Positions 12,755 through 23,356 of a DNA stretch of 64,000 bases are shown piece after piece. Under the pieces are notes generated by a model. That model did not search any database. It was given only the letters and a program-made list of their open reading frames with translations, and was not told the origin of the DNA. Position 1 is the stretch's first letter, and each line of letters starts with the position of its first letter. Origin of the DNA: an uncultured Acidobacteriota bacterium (GTDB lineage Bacteria > Acidobacteriota > Vicinamibacteria > Fen-336); assembly GCA_963720545.1 (NCBI GenBank), contig OY970399.1, positions 2,016,001 through 2,080,000 on the forward strand. The letters run 5' to 3'. The translations under genes were made by a program, and so were the position numbers.

Positions 12755-13567
12755 ATGCCCGCGGCAAAGTCGCAGACAAAGCCGAAGCGGAAGCCGCAGG
12801 CAATCGCGAAGGGCGCGCGCCAATACCATCTGGGCATCGCGCCCGGCGACCTCGCGCCTTACGTGATGCTGGTCGGCGATCCGGCGCGCGCCGACAAGGT
12901 GGCCGCGCACTTCGACAAGCGCCAGGGCGAGTGGCGGCACCGCGAGTTCGTCACCATCACCGGCACCTACCAGGGATTTCCGCTCACCGTCACCGGCACC
13001 GGCATCGGCCCCGACAACATGGAGATCACCGTCATCGAGATGAGCCAGGTGCGGCGCAACCTGACCTTCATCCGCGTCGGCTCGTGCGGCGCGCTGCAGC
13101 CCGACATCGAGCTCGGCGACCTGGTGGTTTCGACCGGTGCGGTGCGCCTCGAGAACACGACCACCTACTTCGTCCCCGAGGGCTACCCGGCCGTCGCCCA
13201 CCATGAAGTGACGGCCGCGATCATCGCCGCATGCCGCAAGACCAAGGCTCCGCACCACGTCGGCATCACCGCCAGCGCGCCTGGGTTCTTCGGCGCGCAG
13301 TCGCGCGACCTGCCGCCGTTCTCGCCGCGCTACGCCGACCTGCCAGGTGACCTCGGCAAGCTCGGCGTCAAGAACCTGGAGATGGAGATCAGCGCGCTCT
13401 TCACGCTGGCGTCGATCGGCGGCCATCGCGCCGGCGCCTTGTGCGCGGTCTACGCGCAGCGGCCGCGCGGCATCTTCGCCGACGCCCGGCAGCGCGACAC
13501 CGCCGAGGCGCGCGCCATCCGTGCCGGGCTCGCGGCGTTTGCGGAGCTTGCCTCAGCCGCGCGCTGA
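12755..13567 (+). CDS. Nucleoside (uridine) phosphorylase family protein
   Basis: YHLGI, LVGDPARA, HREF, GIGPD, IRVGSCGALQ, NLEME. Confidence 0.85.
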   Translation: MPAAKSQTKPKRKPQAIAKGARQYHLGIAPGDLAPYVMLVGDPARADKVAAHFDKRQGEWRHREFVTITGTYQGFPLTVTGTGIGPDNMEITVIEMSQVRRNLTFIRVGSCGALQPDIELGDLVVSTGAVRLENTTTYFVPEGYPAVAHHEVTAAIIAACRKTKAPHHVGITASAPGFFGAQSRDLPPFSPRYADLPGDLGKLGVKNLEMEISALFTLASIGGHRAGALCAVYAQRPRGIFADARQRDTAEARAIRAGLAAFAELASAAR

Positions 13568-15763
13568 TTTTTCTGGGTAGAGCCGCTCGAACTCCGGGTC
13601 GCCGTGCAGCTGCGTGAGGTCGGGATCGCGGCGCGTCCAGTCGCTGTCGCGGAAGCCGGCGTTCCAGGCGCGCTTCAGTGCGTCCAGGGCGTCCGCACGG
13701 CGGTCCATGGCGGCGAACGCGCACGCCGCGTTGTAGGCGACGAGGCCGTCGTTCGGCCGCAGCACCAGCGCCAGGCTCGCTTCGCGTGCCGCGTCCTCGA
13801 TGCGGCCTTCGTCGGCATAGGCGCCGGCCAGCAGGATCCGGGCGCGCGCGTCCTCGGGAGTGCGCAGCAGGTGCGCCTCCACCGCCTGCACGTGCCGCTG
13901 GCGCAGGTTCTTCAAGGCGTCCTGCTTGCCGAGCGCCGCGAGCGCATTCAGGATCGGCACGTGGACGTTGTGGTCGTTGCCGCTCGCCTCGATCGCTTCC
14001 TCGGCGATGCGCTCGATCTCCTGGTACTGTCCGGTCGAGAACAGCGAGCGCAGCAGCAGGTAGTAGCCGCTGTCGGTGTCGGGCTTCTCCTTGAGGACGG
14101 CGCGCGCGATGTCCACAGCCGTCTGGTACTCGCCGTTCGCGTAGCAGAGCCAACCCTGCGCGGCCTTGGCGTCCGGCAGGTGCGGCGCCAGCGACACTGC
14201 CTTGGCGGAGGTGGTGCGCACCCGCTCCAGCCATGAGGGCTCCGAGCCGAAGTTGACGTAGAGGATGGCGCAGACGTTCGCCATCGCGGCGTAGGCGAGC
14301 GCGAAGGTCGGGTCCTGCGTGACCGCGTGCTCGTAGAGCTGCAGCGCAAACTCCATGTCCTGGCGCACCAGGCGGCGCGCGTAGCTGCGGCCGCGCAGGA
14401 ACAGGTCGTAGGCCTGCAGGTTCTCGGTGGGCTTGGCGGCGAGCGCCTGCTGCTCCTGCGGCGTCAGCGTGATGCGCAGCGCCTCGGCGATCTTGTGCGC
14501 GATCTCGTCCTGCAACTCGAAGACGTCGGCCATCTCGCGGTCGTAGCGCTCGGTCCACAGCGGGAAGTCGGTCTGCGTGTCCACGAGCTGCACGCTGATG
14601 CGCAGGCGGGTGCCCGCGCGCCGCAGGCTGCCGGCGAGCACATAGGCGGCGCCGAGCTGCTGGCCCAGCTCGGTGGGCGTGACGTGGCGGTCGCGGTACG
14701 GCAGCACCGTCGGGCGCGAGAAGATGCGCAGCCCCTTGATCTTGGTCAGCTCGGTGATGATGTCTTCGGTGACGCCGTCGCGCAGGTACTCCTCTTCCTT
14801 CGAGCCGCTCGGGTTCTCGAAGTAGAGCACCGCCACCGACTTCTCCGCCATGCGGCCGCCGCGCGAAGCGCCGGACGACGAGTCGCGGCCGCCGGAGTCG
14901 AGGTCGCGCTGCAGGCGCAGCAGGTCGGTCTTGAGGTCGGTCGCCGACTGGTAGCGCAGCGCGCGGTTCTTCTCGAGCGCCTTGCCGAGGATGCGGCCGA
15001 GTTCGGCGGGCAGCGCCGCGTTCACCTGGTGCGGGGGCGCCGGTTCGCGGTTCAGGATCGCGTCGAAGATGACGGCCGAGGTCTCGCCGGGGAACGGCAG
15101 CGCGCCGGTCGCCGCCTGGTAGAGCACCGTGCCGAGCGAGAACAGGTCGGTGCGCGCGTCGGTCAGCTGGCCGCGCGCCTGCTCGGGCGACATGTAGGAG
15201 ACGGTGCCGAGCGCCGAGCCGGCCTTGGTGAGCTGCTCCGGCTGCACGCCGGTCGGCTCCTCCGAGAGCTGCGAGACGCCGGCCTTCCCCACGCGGTCGA
15301 TCTTGGCGAGGCCGAAGTCGAGGATCTTCGCCTGGTCGCGGCTGTTGACGAAGATGTTCGCCGGCTTCAGGTCGCGGTGGACGATGCCGCGCGCGTGCGC
15401 CGACTCGAGCGCGTCGGCCACCTGCACCGCGATGCGCAGCACCGCGCCGAGGTCGAGCTCGCGCGCGGCGATCTTCGCGGCCAGCGTCTGCCCCTCGAGC
15501 AGCTCCATCACGATGAAGTGCTGGCCGTCGTGCTGTTCGATCGCGTAGACCGTGCAGATGCCGGGATGGTTGAGGGCGGACGCGGCGCGCGCCTCGCGCT
15601 GGAAACGCTCGAGGGCGTGCGCGTCCTGTGCCGTTTCCGGAGGCAGGAACTTGAGGGCGACCTTGCGGCCGAGGCTGCGATCGTCGGCTTCGTAGACGAC
15701 GCCCATGCCGCCGCTGCCGAGCTTCGCGGTGATGCCGTAATGCGAGACAGTCTGGCCGATCAT
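13553..15763 (-). CDS. Ser/Thr protein kinase with TolB-like N domain and TPR repeats
   Basis: LGSGGMGVVY, VALK, HRDLKPAN, DFGLAK, YMSPEQ; SVAVLYFEN; TPR-like C terminus. Confidence 0.92.
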   Translation of the reverse strand: MIGQTVSHYGITAKLGSGGMGVVYEADDRSLGRKVALKFLPPETAQDAHALERFQREARAASALNHPGICTVYAIEQHDGQHFIVMELLEGQTLAAKIAARELDLGAVLRIAVQVADALESAHARGIVHRDLKPANIFVNSRDQAKILDFGLAKIDRVGKAGVSQLSEEPTGVQPEQLTKAGSALGTVSYMSPEQARGQLTDARTDLFSLGTVLYQAATGALPFPGETSAVIFDAILNREPAPPHQVNAALPAELGRILGKALEKNRALRYQSATDLKTDLLRLQRDLDSGGRDSSSGASRGGRMAEKSVAVLYFENPSGSKEEEYLRDGVTEDIITELTKIKGLRIFSRPTVLPYRDRHVTPTELGQQLGAAYVLAGSLRRAGTRLRISVQLVDTQTDFPLWTERYDREMADVFELQDEIAHKIAEALRITLTPQEQQALAAKPTENLQAYDLFLRGRSYARRLVRQDMEFALQLYEHAVTQDPTFALAYAAMANVCAILYVNFGSEPSWLERVRTTSAKAVSLAPHLPDAKAAQGWLCYANGEYQTAVDIARAVLKEKPDTDSGYYLLLRSLFSTGQYQEIERIAEEAIEASGNDHNVHVPILNALAALGKQDALKNLRQRHVQAVEAHLLRTPEDARARILLAGAYADEGRIEDAAREASLALVLRPNDGLVAYNAACAFAAMDRRADALDALKRAWNAGFRDSDWTRRDPDLTQLHGDPEFERLYPEKSARG

Positions 15764-15839
15764 TGCTTGGGGGAAGCCCCGGAGGAGTTCAGCGATGCTA
15801 GCCGCGCTCACCGGGCGCGTCAAAGAACGGCGCGTTCGG

Positions 15840-17372
15840 TCAGTGCACGATGAATCTGGCGATCGCGGCCTTGAGCCGCGCATGCTCCGCCTTGCGGATG
15901 TACATCATGTGGCCGGCCTCGAAGTATTCGATCGCGATGTTCTTGCGCAGCGACTCCGGCAGGCCGAGGTGCGCCACCGAAAACGGCGTGTCGAAGTAGG
16001 GCGTGGCGAGGTCGTAGTAGCCGGAGGTGAACAAGACGCGCAGCGCCGGGTTCGAGGTCATCGCCTTGCGCAGGTCCTCGGCGACGTTGACGTAGCGGTT
16101 CTGCGCCTCGTCCCAGTTCCACGACGGCAGGTCGGCCGACGACTCGTACTTGAGGTCGGTCTGGTAGTTGAGCGTGCGCCGCAGGTGGTCGTTGAGGAGC
16201 GCCACGTAGCCGACGCCCACCGCCGACGACGCCGGGTCGTATTCCGACTGCTCGCCCGCCGAGTCGCGGTCGTAGCCGGTGAAGCGCATGTCGAGCCGGC
16301 CGACGATCTTGCCGTCGCCGCGCAGCAGCTCCTTGAGGAAGCGGCTGTTGTCCACCCGCAGGTTGGAGCGCAGCACGTAGTCGGTGCTGAGCCCGGTGAG
16401 CCGTGCGAACTTCGCGGCGGTCGCCTGGCGCGCCTCCGCGCCGAGCCAGTCGCCCTGCAGCAGCGCCGCCGCGTACTCGCCGAGCGCAAACTCCTCGGCT
16501 TCCTTCAGCAGGCTGCGCAGGTCCTTCTGCTGCAGGTCGGCCGCGAGTTTCTTGTGGTACCAGGCCGCCGCCGCATAACTCGGGAAGTGCACGATCCAGG
16601 CGACGTCGTTGCCGACGTTCATCTCCTCGTTCTGCCAGTTGAGGATGGTGGACACCTGCACCAGCCCGTTCAGGTAGATGCCGTGGCTCTCCTGGAGATA
16701 GAGCGCGAGGCCCGCCGATCGGGTGGTGCCGTAGCTCTCGCCGGCGATGTACTTCGGCGAGGCCCAGCGGCCGTTCTTCGAGAGCCACTGGCGCATCAGG
16801 TCGGCGATCGACGTGATGTCGCCTTTCAGCCCCCAGAACTCCTTGGGGTCGACGCCGGGGGCGGGGCGGCTGAAGCCGGTGCCGATCGGGTCGATGAAGA
16901 CGAGGTCGGTGATGTCGAGGATCGAGTACGGGTTGTCGGCCAGCTCGCCCGGCGGCGGCAGCGCGAAGCCTTCGTCGTCCGAGCGCACCTTCTTCGGGCC
17001 GAAGGCGCCCATCTGCACCCAAACCGCCGCCGAGCCCGGGCCGCCGTTGAAGCTGAAGGTCACCGGCCGCTTCGCGTCGGCGCCGTCCTTCACGTAGGCG
17101 ACGTAGAACATCGACGCCTTCGCCTTGCCCTTGTCGTCGCGCAGGATCAAGGTCCCCGCGGTGGCCGTGTAGGCGATGCGCTGGCCATCGAGGGTCAGCA
17201 CGTGCTTGGTGACGGCGCTGGTTTCCTTCGGCTCGGGTGCGTCGTCGTCCTTCTTCACCTCTGTGGCTTCGCCGCTCTTCACCGTGACGGTGGTGGTTTC
17301 CTGAGCCAGGGCGAGGAGCGGTGCTGCGGCGAAGAGACCGAAGGTGGCGGCGACCAGGCGTAGTTTCAGCAT
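15840..17372 (-). CDS. S10 family serine carboxypeptidase, secreted
   Basis: FNGGPGS, DPIGTGFS, GESYG, GYYDLATP, AGHMMY. Confidence 0.9.
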   Translation of the reverse strand: MLKLRLVAATFGLFAAAPLLALAQETTTVTVKSGEATEVKKDDDAPEPKETSAVTKHVLTLDGQRIAYTATAGTLILRDDKGKAKASMFYVAYVKDGADAKRPVTFSFNGGPGSAAVWVQMGAFGPKKVRSDDEGFALPPPGELADNPYSILDITDLVFIDPIGTGFSRPAPGVDPKEFWGLKGDITSIADLMRQWLSKNGRWASPKYIAGESYGTTRSAGLALYLQESHGIYLNGLVQVSTILNWQNEEMNVGNDVAWIVHFPSYAAAAWYHKKLAADLQQKDLRSLLKEAEEFALGEYAAALLQGDWLGAEARQATAAKFARLTGLSTDYVLRSNLRVDNSRFLKELLRGDGKIVGRLDMRFTGYDRDSAGEQSEYDPASSAVGVGYVALLNDHLRRTLNYQTDLKYESSADLPSWNWDEAQNRYVNVAEDLRKAMTSNPALRVLFTSGYYDLATPYFDTPFSVAHLGLPESLRKNIAIEYFEAGHMMYIRKAEHARLKAAIARFIVH

Positions 17373-17409
17373 GGGCGCGAGACTAGCGCAGCCGCGGCGG
17401 CGGCGCGAT

Positions 17410-18036
17410 TCAGCCGGTCGAACGCTCGTCGGCCGTGCGGCGCATCGCGGCGCGCAGCACCGCCGCAACCCAGCGGGCTTCGGGCACCGACGTGAGCACC
17501 GGCGCGAGCGACGGGTTGAACGGGGTGACGCGGTCGCCGCGCACCAGCGTCACCAGCCTGTCGGTCTGCACGATGCGCGAATCGCGCGAGCGCGGATAGC
17601 GCCGCGGCCACGGCCAGAGACCGCGCAGCACGAAGACCGCGTCGGCGGCGACGCGCACGCTCCGCGGTGAACGCAGCACCGCCGAAAGCAGGAAGCCGCC
17701 GATGAGCGTGAAGACGCCGGCCCACACCCGCGGCGCGCCCTGGATCCAGCCAAGGAGCGTTGCCTTCCATCCGGTGGCAGCCGCGCGCAGGGCTTCGGCG
17801 CCCGCCGGATCCCATTCGATGCCGAAAGCGAGCACCGGCACCGCCAGCGCCGCGAGCGCCGCAGCCAGCCAGACCACGAGCCGCGCGCTCAACGGATAGC
17901 GCACCGTGACGTGCTGGCCGCCGTCCTCGACGATGACCCTGCTGACCGGCGGGCGCGGCAGGTCGGCGAGCAGGACATCGTCGCCACCCCCCGGCTGCGA
18001 ATCCGTCAGCTTCCGGTCCGCCACAGCGTTCAGCAT
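17410..18036 (-). CDS. Hypothetical membrane protein
   Basis: Two hydrophobic segments; co-oriented with neighbouring genes. Confidence 0.5.
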   Translation of the reverse strand: MLNAVADRKLTDSQPGGGDDVLLADLPRPPVSRVIVEDGGQHVTVRYPLSARLVVWLAAALAALAVPVLAFGIEWDPAGAEALRAAATGWKATLLGWIQGAPRVWAGVFTLIGGFLLSAVLRSPRSVRVAADAVFVLRGLWPWPRRYPRSRDSRIVQTDRLVTLVRGDRVTPFNPSLAPVLTSVPEARWVAAVLRAAMRRTADERSTG

Positions 18037-18076
18037 ACCCTCGCCATGGGACACCGCCCGCCGGCGAACCGTTCCG

Positions 18077-19156
18077 TCACCCGGCGGCGCGGACGTCCTG
18101 GCCGTGCGCGCCGCACGTCGCGAGGAGGCGGGTTTCGCCGCCGGGCCAGGTCGTGACCCAGAGCCCGTGGTCGCGGATGTCGGTGTGCGGTTCGAGGCGC
18201 ACCCAGGCGAGCGGCTGCGCGTCGGTCGCGCGGGCGCCGGCGTCGCGAAGCGCCGCATGGAAGGCGTTGCGAGTGGCGACATCGAAGTATTCGTCCACGA
18301 TCGAGTGGAACACAACCGTGGCCGCGCCCTTCAGGGGCTCGGCGAGTTGCTGCGGCAGCCATTCGGCGACCGACGCCTGGTCGACCGGCGCGGGCACGGC
18401 GCGCGCCAGCGCCAAGGCGCCTTCGAGGCGGGCGAAGCGCGGCAGCTGGTCGGCCCACACGGAAGAGCGCAGCGCGAGACGCGCCTCGTCGCTCGCAGGG
18501 TCGAGTGGCCGTGGGTCGCAACCGCGGCGCGACACGATGCGCAGTTTGAGGTCGGTGCGGGGCGGCGCGTCGCGCCACATGCCGGTCAGGTCCACCGGAC
18601 TGTCGGCCGGCCCGAAAAATGCGCCGCCACCGCCGTAGCGGAATTGGTCGAGCCGCAGGTTGAGGCCGGCGCTCGAGCCCACTTCGAGGAGCGACATCGC
18701 CAGGGGGCCCGGGCGCGTCGCGACCTCGAGCAGCCCGCGGATGAGTGCTGCCGAGCGGCCCACCTCGTTGGTCTGGCACGGCAACGCCGCCGCGTCGGCG
18801 AGGAACGAAGCGTGCTCCTGAAGCGCCGGCAGCAGCGCGCCGCAGGCGGCGGCGATGTCGCCATCGCCGCCGACGCCCGGGTAGTGCGCAGCCAGCGCAG
18901 GCGCCTTGCCCGTCAGCACGACACGGTGCAGCGCGGCCATGAAGCGCAGCGCCAGCGCGTTGCCGCGGCCGGGCGCGAGGTGGCCGCGCAGGATGCTCCA
19001 GGCGATGCCTTCCTTCTCGGCGTCGTCGGCGGCGATCGCCAGCAGCGCGGCATAGAGCGGCGAGTTCATGAACGCGCAGATGCGTCCCTGCTCGCGCAAC
19101 TGCCAGGCGATGTGCGCGACGGGCCGGTCAACGCCCGGGCCGCCAGCGCCGCTCAC
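18077..19156 (-). CDS. DUF2332 family protein (methyltransferase-like fold)
   Basis: SPLY, CQTNEVGRS, EVGSSAGLNL, RRGCD, VWADQ, HGQ motifs. Confidence 0.75.
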   Translation of the reverse strand: MSGAGGPGVDRPVAHIAWQLREQGRICAFMNSPLYAALLAIAADDAEKEGIAWSILRGHLAPGRGNALALRFMAALHRVVLTGKAPALAAHYPGVGGDGDIAAACGALLPALQEHASFLADAAALPCQTNEVGRSAALIRGLLEVATRPGPLAMSLLEVGSSAGLNLRLDQFRYGGGGAFFGPADSPVDLTGMWRDAPPRTDLKLRIVSRRGCDPRPLDPASDEARLALRSSVWADQLPRFARLEGALALARAVPAPVDQASVAEWLPQQLAEPLKGAATVVFHSIVDEYFDVATRNAFHAALRDAGARATDAQPLAWVRLEPHTDIRDHGLWVTTWPGGETRLLATCGAHGQDVRAAG

Positions 19157-19851
19157 GAGGGAGCGAGCGCCTTGCGCACCGTGTCCGGAAGGTATTCGGC
19201 GGCGCAGCGCGCGAGGAACTCGTCGTAGTCGGCGACCGCTTCGTCGGGAACGGCGCCGTGAGTTGCGAACTGTTCGCGGCTGAAGGTGGTGGTGATGCCG
19301 ATTGTGCGCATGCCTGCGGCCTGCGCGGCAAGAATACCGAGCGCTGCGTCTTCGAAGGCGAGGCAGTCGCCGGGCGGCACGCCCACGAGCCGCGCCGCCT
19401 CGATGAACACGTCCGGAAATGGCTTGCCGCGCGGCACTTCGTCGCTGCGTGCCGTGAACGGCTGGAGCTGCGGCAGGCCCAGCTCGCGCAGCGTGTGTTC
19501 GACGTTGAGGCGCGGCGCGGAAGTGGCGAGCCCGACGCCGATGCCGTGCTCGAACAGCACCTGCAGGAGCCGGTCGAGGCCGGGCAGCGCGCGCAGCCGG
19601 CCCGCCGAGAGCGTGCGGTACTCGGCTTCCTTCTCCTCGGCGAACTCGCGCTGCTCGGCGGCGCTCAGCTCGCGGCCCATGAGCGCCGGGAAGATGTCGC
19701 GGTTGCGCTTGCCGTCGTACTTCGACCGGTCATCGGAACCGAGCGCCGGCAAGCCGTGGCGCACCATGAAGCGTGAGAACGATTCGATGTGGATCGCCAT
19801 GTTGTCGACCAGCGTGCCGTCGAGGTCGAAGATGAAGGCGCGCGGCGTCAT
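19153..19851 (-). CDS. HAD family phosphatase (beta-phosphoglucomutase-like)
   Basis: FDLDGTLVD, ATS, GKPFPD, FED. Confidence 0.9.
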   Translation of the reverse strand: MTPRAFIFDLDGTLVDNMAIHIESFSRFMVRHGLPALGSDDRSKYDGKRNRDIFPALMGRELSAAEQREFAEEKEAEYRTLSAGRLRALPGLDRLLQVLFEHGIGVGLATSAPRLNVEHTLRELGLPQLQPFTARSDEVPRGKPFPDVFIEAARLVGVPPGDCLAFEDAALGILAAQAAGMRTIGITTTFSREQFATHGAVPDEAVADYDEFLARCAAEYLPDTVRKALAPS

Positions 19852-20648
19852 TTGGCTCCCTGCGCCGGGCCGGCGATGGCGACCACGGGATGGAGAGGCC
19901 AGTCGCGCGACTCGGTGCCATAGAAGACCCGCTCGAGGAACAGGCCCGAGGGTGGTGCCGTGAGCGCCGCCGGAAAGGCCGACGGGGTCGAGAGCAGCTG
20001 CTCAACGGCGGCCGGGCCGATGCGGCCGCGGCCCACCTCCGCCAGCACGCCAATCACGCGCCGCATCATCTTCCACAGGAAGTGCGAGCCCACCACTCTT
20101 ATGAGGATGAGTTCGCCCTCGGTGCGCAGCAGCGCGCGCTCGATCGCCACCTTGGTCGATTTCTCGTCGGGGTCGTCGGCGGTGAAGGCGCGAAAGTCGT
20201 GCAGGCCGAGGAGCTTCTTGAGCGCGTCGCTCATTGCTCTCTCGTCCAGGCGGTCCTTGATCCACCAGACGAACGGCTTGCCGAAGGCGGTGCGCCGCCG
20301 CGAGATCTGGTAGAGGTAGCCGCGCGCCTGCGCGTCGTGGCGCGCGTGAAAGCGGCTCGGCACGCCCTGCGCGTCCACCACGTGCACGTCGCTCGGCAGC
20401 TCGTCATTGATCGCCTTGCGCAATTCCTCGGGCGTGAGCCGGGTGTTGAGGTCGAGGTGCGCCACCTGCCCCAGCGCGTGCACGCCGGCATCGGTGCGCC
20501 CCGCGCCGTAGAGCTCGAAGTCGGTGCGCTCCGAGACGCGGCGCACGACGGCGGTGATCTCCCCCGCCACCGTGCGCGCGTTTTTCTGTATCTGCCACCC
20601 GCTGTAGCGGGTGCCGACGTACTCGACGGTCAGCCTGAAGCGCGCCAT
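19848..20648 (-). CDS. truA: tRNA pseudouridine(38-40) synthase
   Basis: EYVGTRYSGWQ, AGRTDAGVHA, FHARHDA, FLWKMMR, TAPPSGLFL. Confidence 0.95.
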   Translation of the reverse strand: MARFRLTVEYVGTRYSGWQIQKNARTVAGEITAVVRRVSERTDFELYGAGRTDAGVHALGQVAHLDLNTRLTPEELRKAINDELPSDVHVVDAQGVPSRFHARHDAQARGYLYQISRRRTAFGKPFVWWIKDRLDERAMSDALKKLLGLHDFRAFTADDPDEKSTKVAIERALLRTEGELILIRVVGSHFLWKMMRRVIGVLAEVGRGRIGPAAVEQLLSTPSAFPAALTAPPSGLFLERVFYGTESRDWPLHPVVAIAGPAQGAK

Positions 20649-20688
20649 TGCTGCAAGGTTACCAGCGCGGCACGGGCGGCCCCGCGGA

Positions 20689-22132
20689 CTAGAACTGGTT
20701 CCAGAGGTACTGGTTCGTCACCTCGTGATGGAACTGCACTTCGCTGGTCTTGATCTGCGCGCCCAGCGCCTTCGGGCAGCGATCGGCCTGCGCCTGCTTC
20801 AGCTCGGCGAACTTGTCGCGCACTTCCTCGCCGAGGATCTGCGCCACGAAGCGGCTCGACTTGAAGGCGCGCAGCGCGTCGTAGATGTTGTCGGGCAGGA
20901 AGCGCGTGCGGCTGCGCTTGTCGTCGTTCTGCTCGAGCTTCGGGCCCTCGAGCCCGGTCTTGAGGAACGTGTAGAACGCGAGATACGGGTTGGCGTCGGG
21001 GGCGATCGAACGCACCTCGATGCGCGCCGTCTTTTCGTTGCCGATGGGGATGCGCACCATGGCGCCGCGGTCGATTGCGGAAGCCTTGATCTGGTTGGGC
21101 GCCTCGAAGTGCGGGTCGAGGCGGCGGTACGAGTTGACGCTCGAGTTGAGGATCAGGCAGATGTCGTTGGCGCTCGTCAGCATCCGGTCGATGAACTGCC
21201 AGCCGGCCTTGCTGAGCCCGTCCTGGCCCTTCTTGTCGTGGAAAATGTTCTTGCCGCCTTTGCTCAGCGACAGGTTGGTGTGCATGCCGCTGCCGTTGAC
21301 GCCGGTCACCGGCTTGGGCAGGAAGCTCGCGGTCATGTCCATGTTGCGCGCCACCTGGCGGCACATCAGCTTGTAGAGCGCGACGTTGTCGGCCGCGATC
21401 ACCGCCTCGGTGTACGAGTAGTTCATCTCGAACTGGCTCGGCGCCACTTCGGGATGGTCCTTCTCGTTCTGGAAGCCCATGGCGCGCTGCACTTCGGCCG
21501 CGGTGTCGATGAAGCGGCGCAGCGCGTCGTTGGGCAGCGAGTGGTAGTAGCCGCCGGTCGAAAGGAACTCGAAGTTGTGGGTCTCGTGATAGTGGCGCTC
21601 GGCGTCCTTGCCGCTGAACACGAAGCCCTCGATCTCGTTCGCGAGGTGGGCGGTGATGCCCTCCTTGCGGTAGAGCGCCTCGCAGTAGTGCTTCAGCACC
21701 GTGCGCATGTCGGCCGGGTAGGGCGCGCCGTCGCGGCCGCGCACCTCGGCGAACACCAGCACCTTGCCCGGGCCGAAGACGTCGGCGGGCAGCCAGTAGA
21801 AGGCGGGCCAGTCGACCGCGAGGCGCAGGTCGGACTCGTGCTGCGCCGAGAAGCCGCGGATCGAAGAACCGTCGAAGGTCAGGTTGTCGGCCGAGCTCCA
21901 GCAGGAACTTCTTGTCGTAGTCGAGCATGTGCAGCCGGCCCTCGAGGTCGGAGAAGCACACGGTGACCGCCTTGATGCGCTTCTCGCTCGCCAGGTACTT
22001 GAGCCGCTGGTCGGCGATCTTCTTCGGGTCGGCGCGCTTGATGCGCGACTGCTTGGCTTCGAGGTTCATGGCCTCGAGCTCGTCGTAGGGAATCTCGAGG
22101 AAATCGCGCAGTCCGCTCGTTGCCACCATCAA
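20689..22132 (-). CDS. glnA: Glutamine synthetase (type I family); one frameshift near 21896
   Basis: FSDLEGRL in one frame, then FDGSSIRGF, HPEVAPSQFE, FLPKPVTGVNGSGMH, NSYRRL, RIEVRS, ANPYL in another; extra base in GAG C TCG GCC GAC. Confidence 0.88.
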
Positions 22133-22209
22133 CCTCCCGGGGAAGAATGGAGGATCTTAGGAGAAGCATTAATCTGCGTCAACTAAGACTTAGTGCAGCG
22201 TGATTAAGC

Positions 22210-23292
22210 TTACTTTCCTTTGTCGCGAATCTTGTAAAGCGAGCGTGCCGCCTTGTGAATCACCTTGTCGGCACGCTTCCTCTCGAGTGTCCGCAGCCGC
22301 GATTCCTGCAGCGAAACCGCGGCCTCGGCCTCGCCCTGCAACTTGCGCCAGCTCTCGAGGCGCTCGGCAAGGAGGCGGCCCGAGGCAATCGCGGCGCGCA
22401 CCGCGCAGCCGGGCTCCCGGTCGTGGGCGCAGTCGCGAAAGCGGCAGTCCGCGGCGAGTGTCGTGACGTCGTCGAACGCCTGGTCGAGCGTCTCCTCGCT
22501 CTCCCACAGCTGGATTTCGCGCATCCCGGGGTTGTCGATGATGAGGACGCCGTCGGCAAGGCGGATCAGCTCGCGGTGGGTGGTGGTGTGCCGGCCGCGC
22601 TGATCGCCCGAGCGCACTTCCTGGGTGGCGAAGCGGTGCTCGCCGACCAGCCGGTTGATGAGCGTCGACTTGCCGACCCCGGACGAGCCGATGACACAGA
22701 TGGTTTCGCCGGGACGCAGGTACGGATCGACCTGCTCGAAGCCGCCGCCCCAGCGCGAACTGACCGCGATCACCGGCACTTCCCCGGCGATCGAGGTGAT
22801 CTCCCAGATGCGCGCCGGCGGGTCGTCGCACAGGTCGAGCTTGTTGAGGATCACCACCGGCCGCGCGCCGCTGCGGTGCGCAAGCGCCAGGTAGCGCTCG
22901 AGCCGCCGCGGGTTGAAGTCGGCGTCGAGGCCCATCATCAGGAAGGCGGTGTCCACGTTCGCGGCCACCACCTGCTCGCTCGTCACCTCGCCGGCGGCCT
23001 TGCGGACGAACTGGCTCTTGCGCGGCACGATCGCGTGGATGGTGCCGCGCGATTCGCTGAAGCGCGGCCGCAGCGCCACCCAGTCGCCGATCGCCGGAAA
23101 GGCGCCGGCGCTCTGCGCGCGGTGGCGGAGGCGGCCGGCGATGTCGCAGAGAAGCTCGGCGTCCTGGGTCTGGCAGCGGAACAGGTGCTGGAACTGGGCG
23201 ACCGCGCGGCCGGGGATGAAGCCGTCTTCGCGAGGCATGGCGTCCCAGGCGCGCTGCCATTCGTCCGTGAAGCCCCAGTCAGCAAGCGCCAT
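22210..23292 (-). CDS. rsgA: Ribosome small subunit-dependent GTPase A
   Basis: NKLD, GSSGVGKST, GRHTT, DNPG, CRFRDCAHDREPGC. Confidence 0.95.
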   Translation of the reverse strand: MALADWGFTDEWQRAWDAMPREDGFIPGRAVAQFQHLFRCQTQDAELLCDIAGRLRHRAQSAGAFPAIGDWVALRPRFSESRGTIHAIVPRKSQFVRKAAGEVTSEQVVAANVDTAFLMMGLDADFNPRRLERYLALAHRSGARPVVILNKLDLCDDPPARIWEITSIAGEVPVIAVSSRWGGGFEQVDPYLRPGETICVIGSSGVGKSTLINRLVGEHRFATQEVRSGDQRGRHTTTHRELIRLADGVLIIDNPGMREIQLWESEETLDQAFDDVTTLAADCRFRDCAHDREPGCAVRAAIASGRLLAERLESWRKLQGEAEAAVSLQESRLRTLERKRADKVIHKAARSLYKIRDKGK

Positions 23293-23356
23293 CGCTATTG
23301 CACATTATTGAGTATGGGGGGACCAGTCAAAGGAAGCCCTGTCATAAACTCGCGGC

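Noticed and set aside
21890..21900. Programmed frameshift in glnA
   Set aside because: No slippery sequence, and similar isolated indels in other genes point to assembly error.
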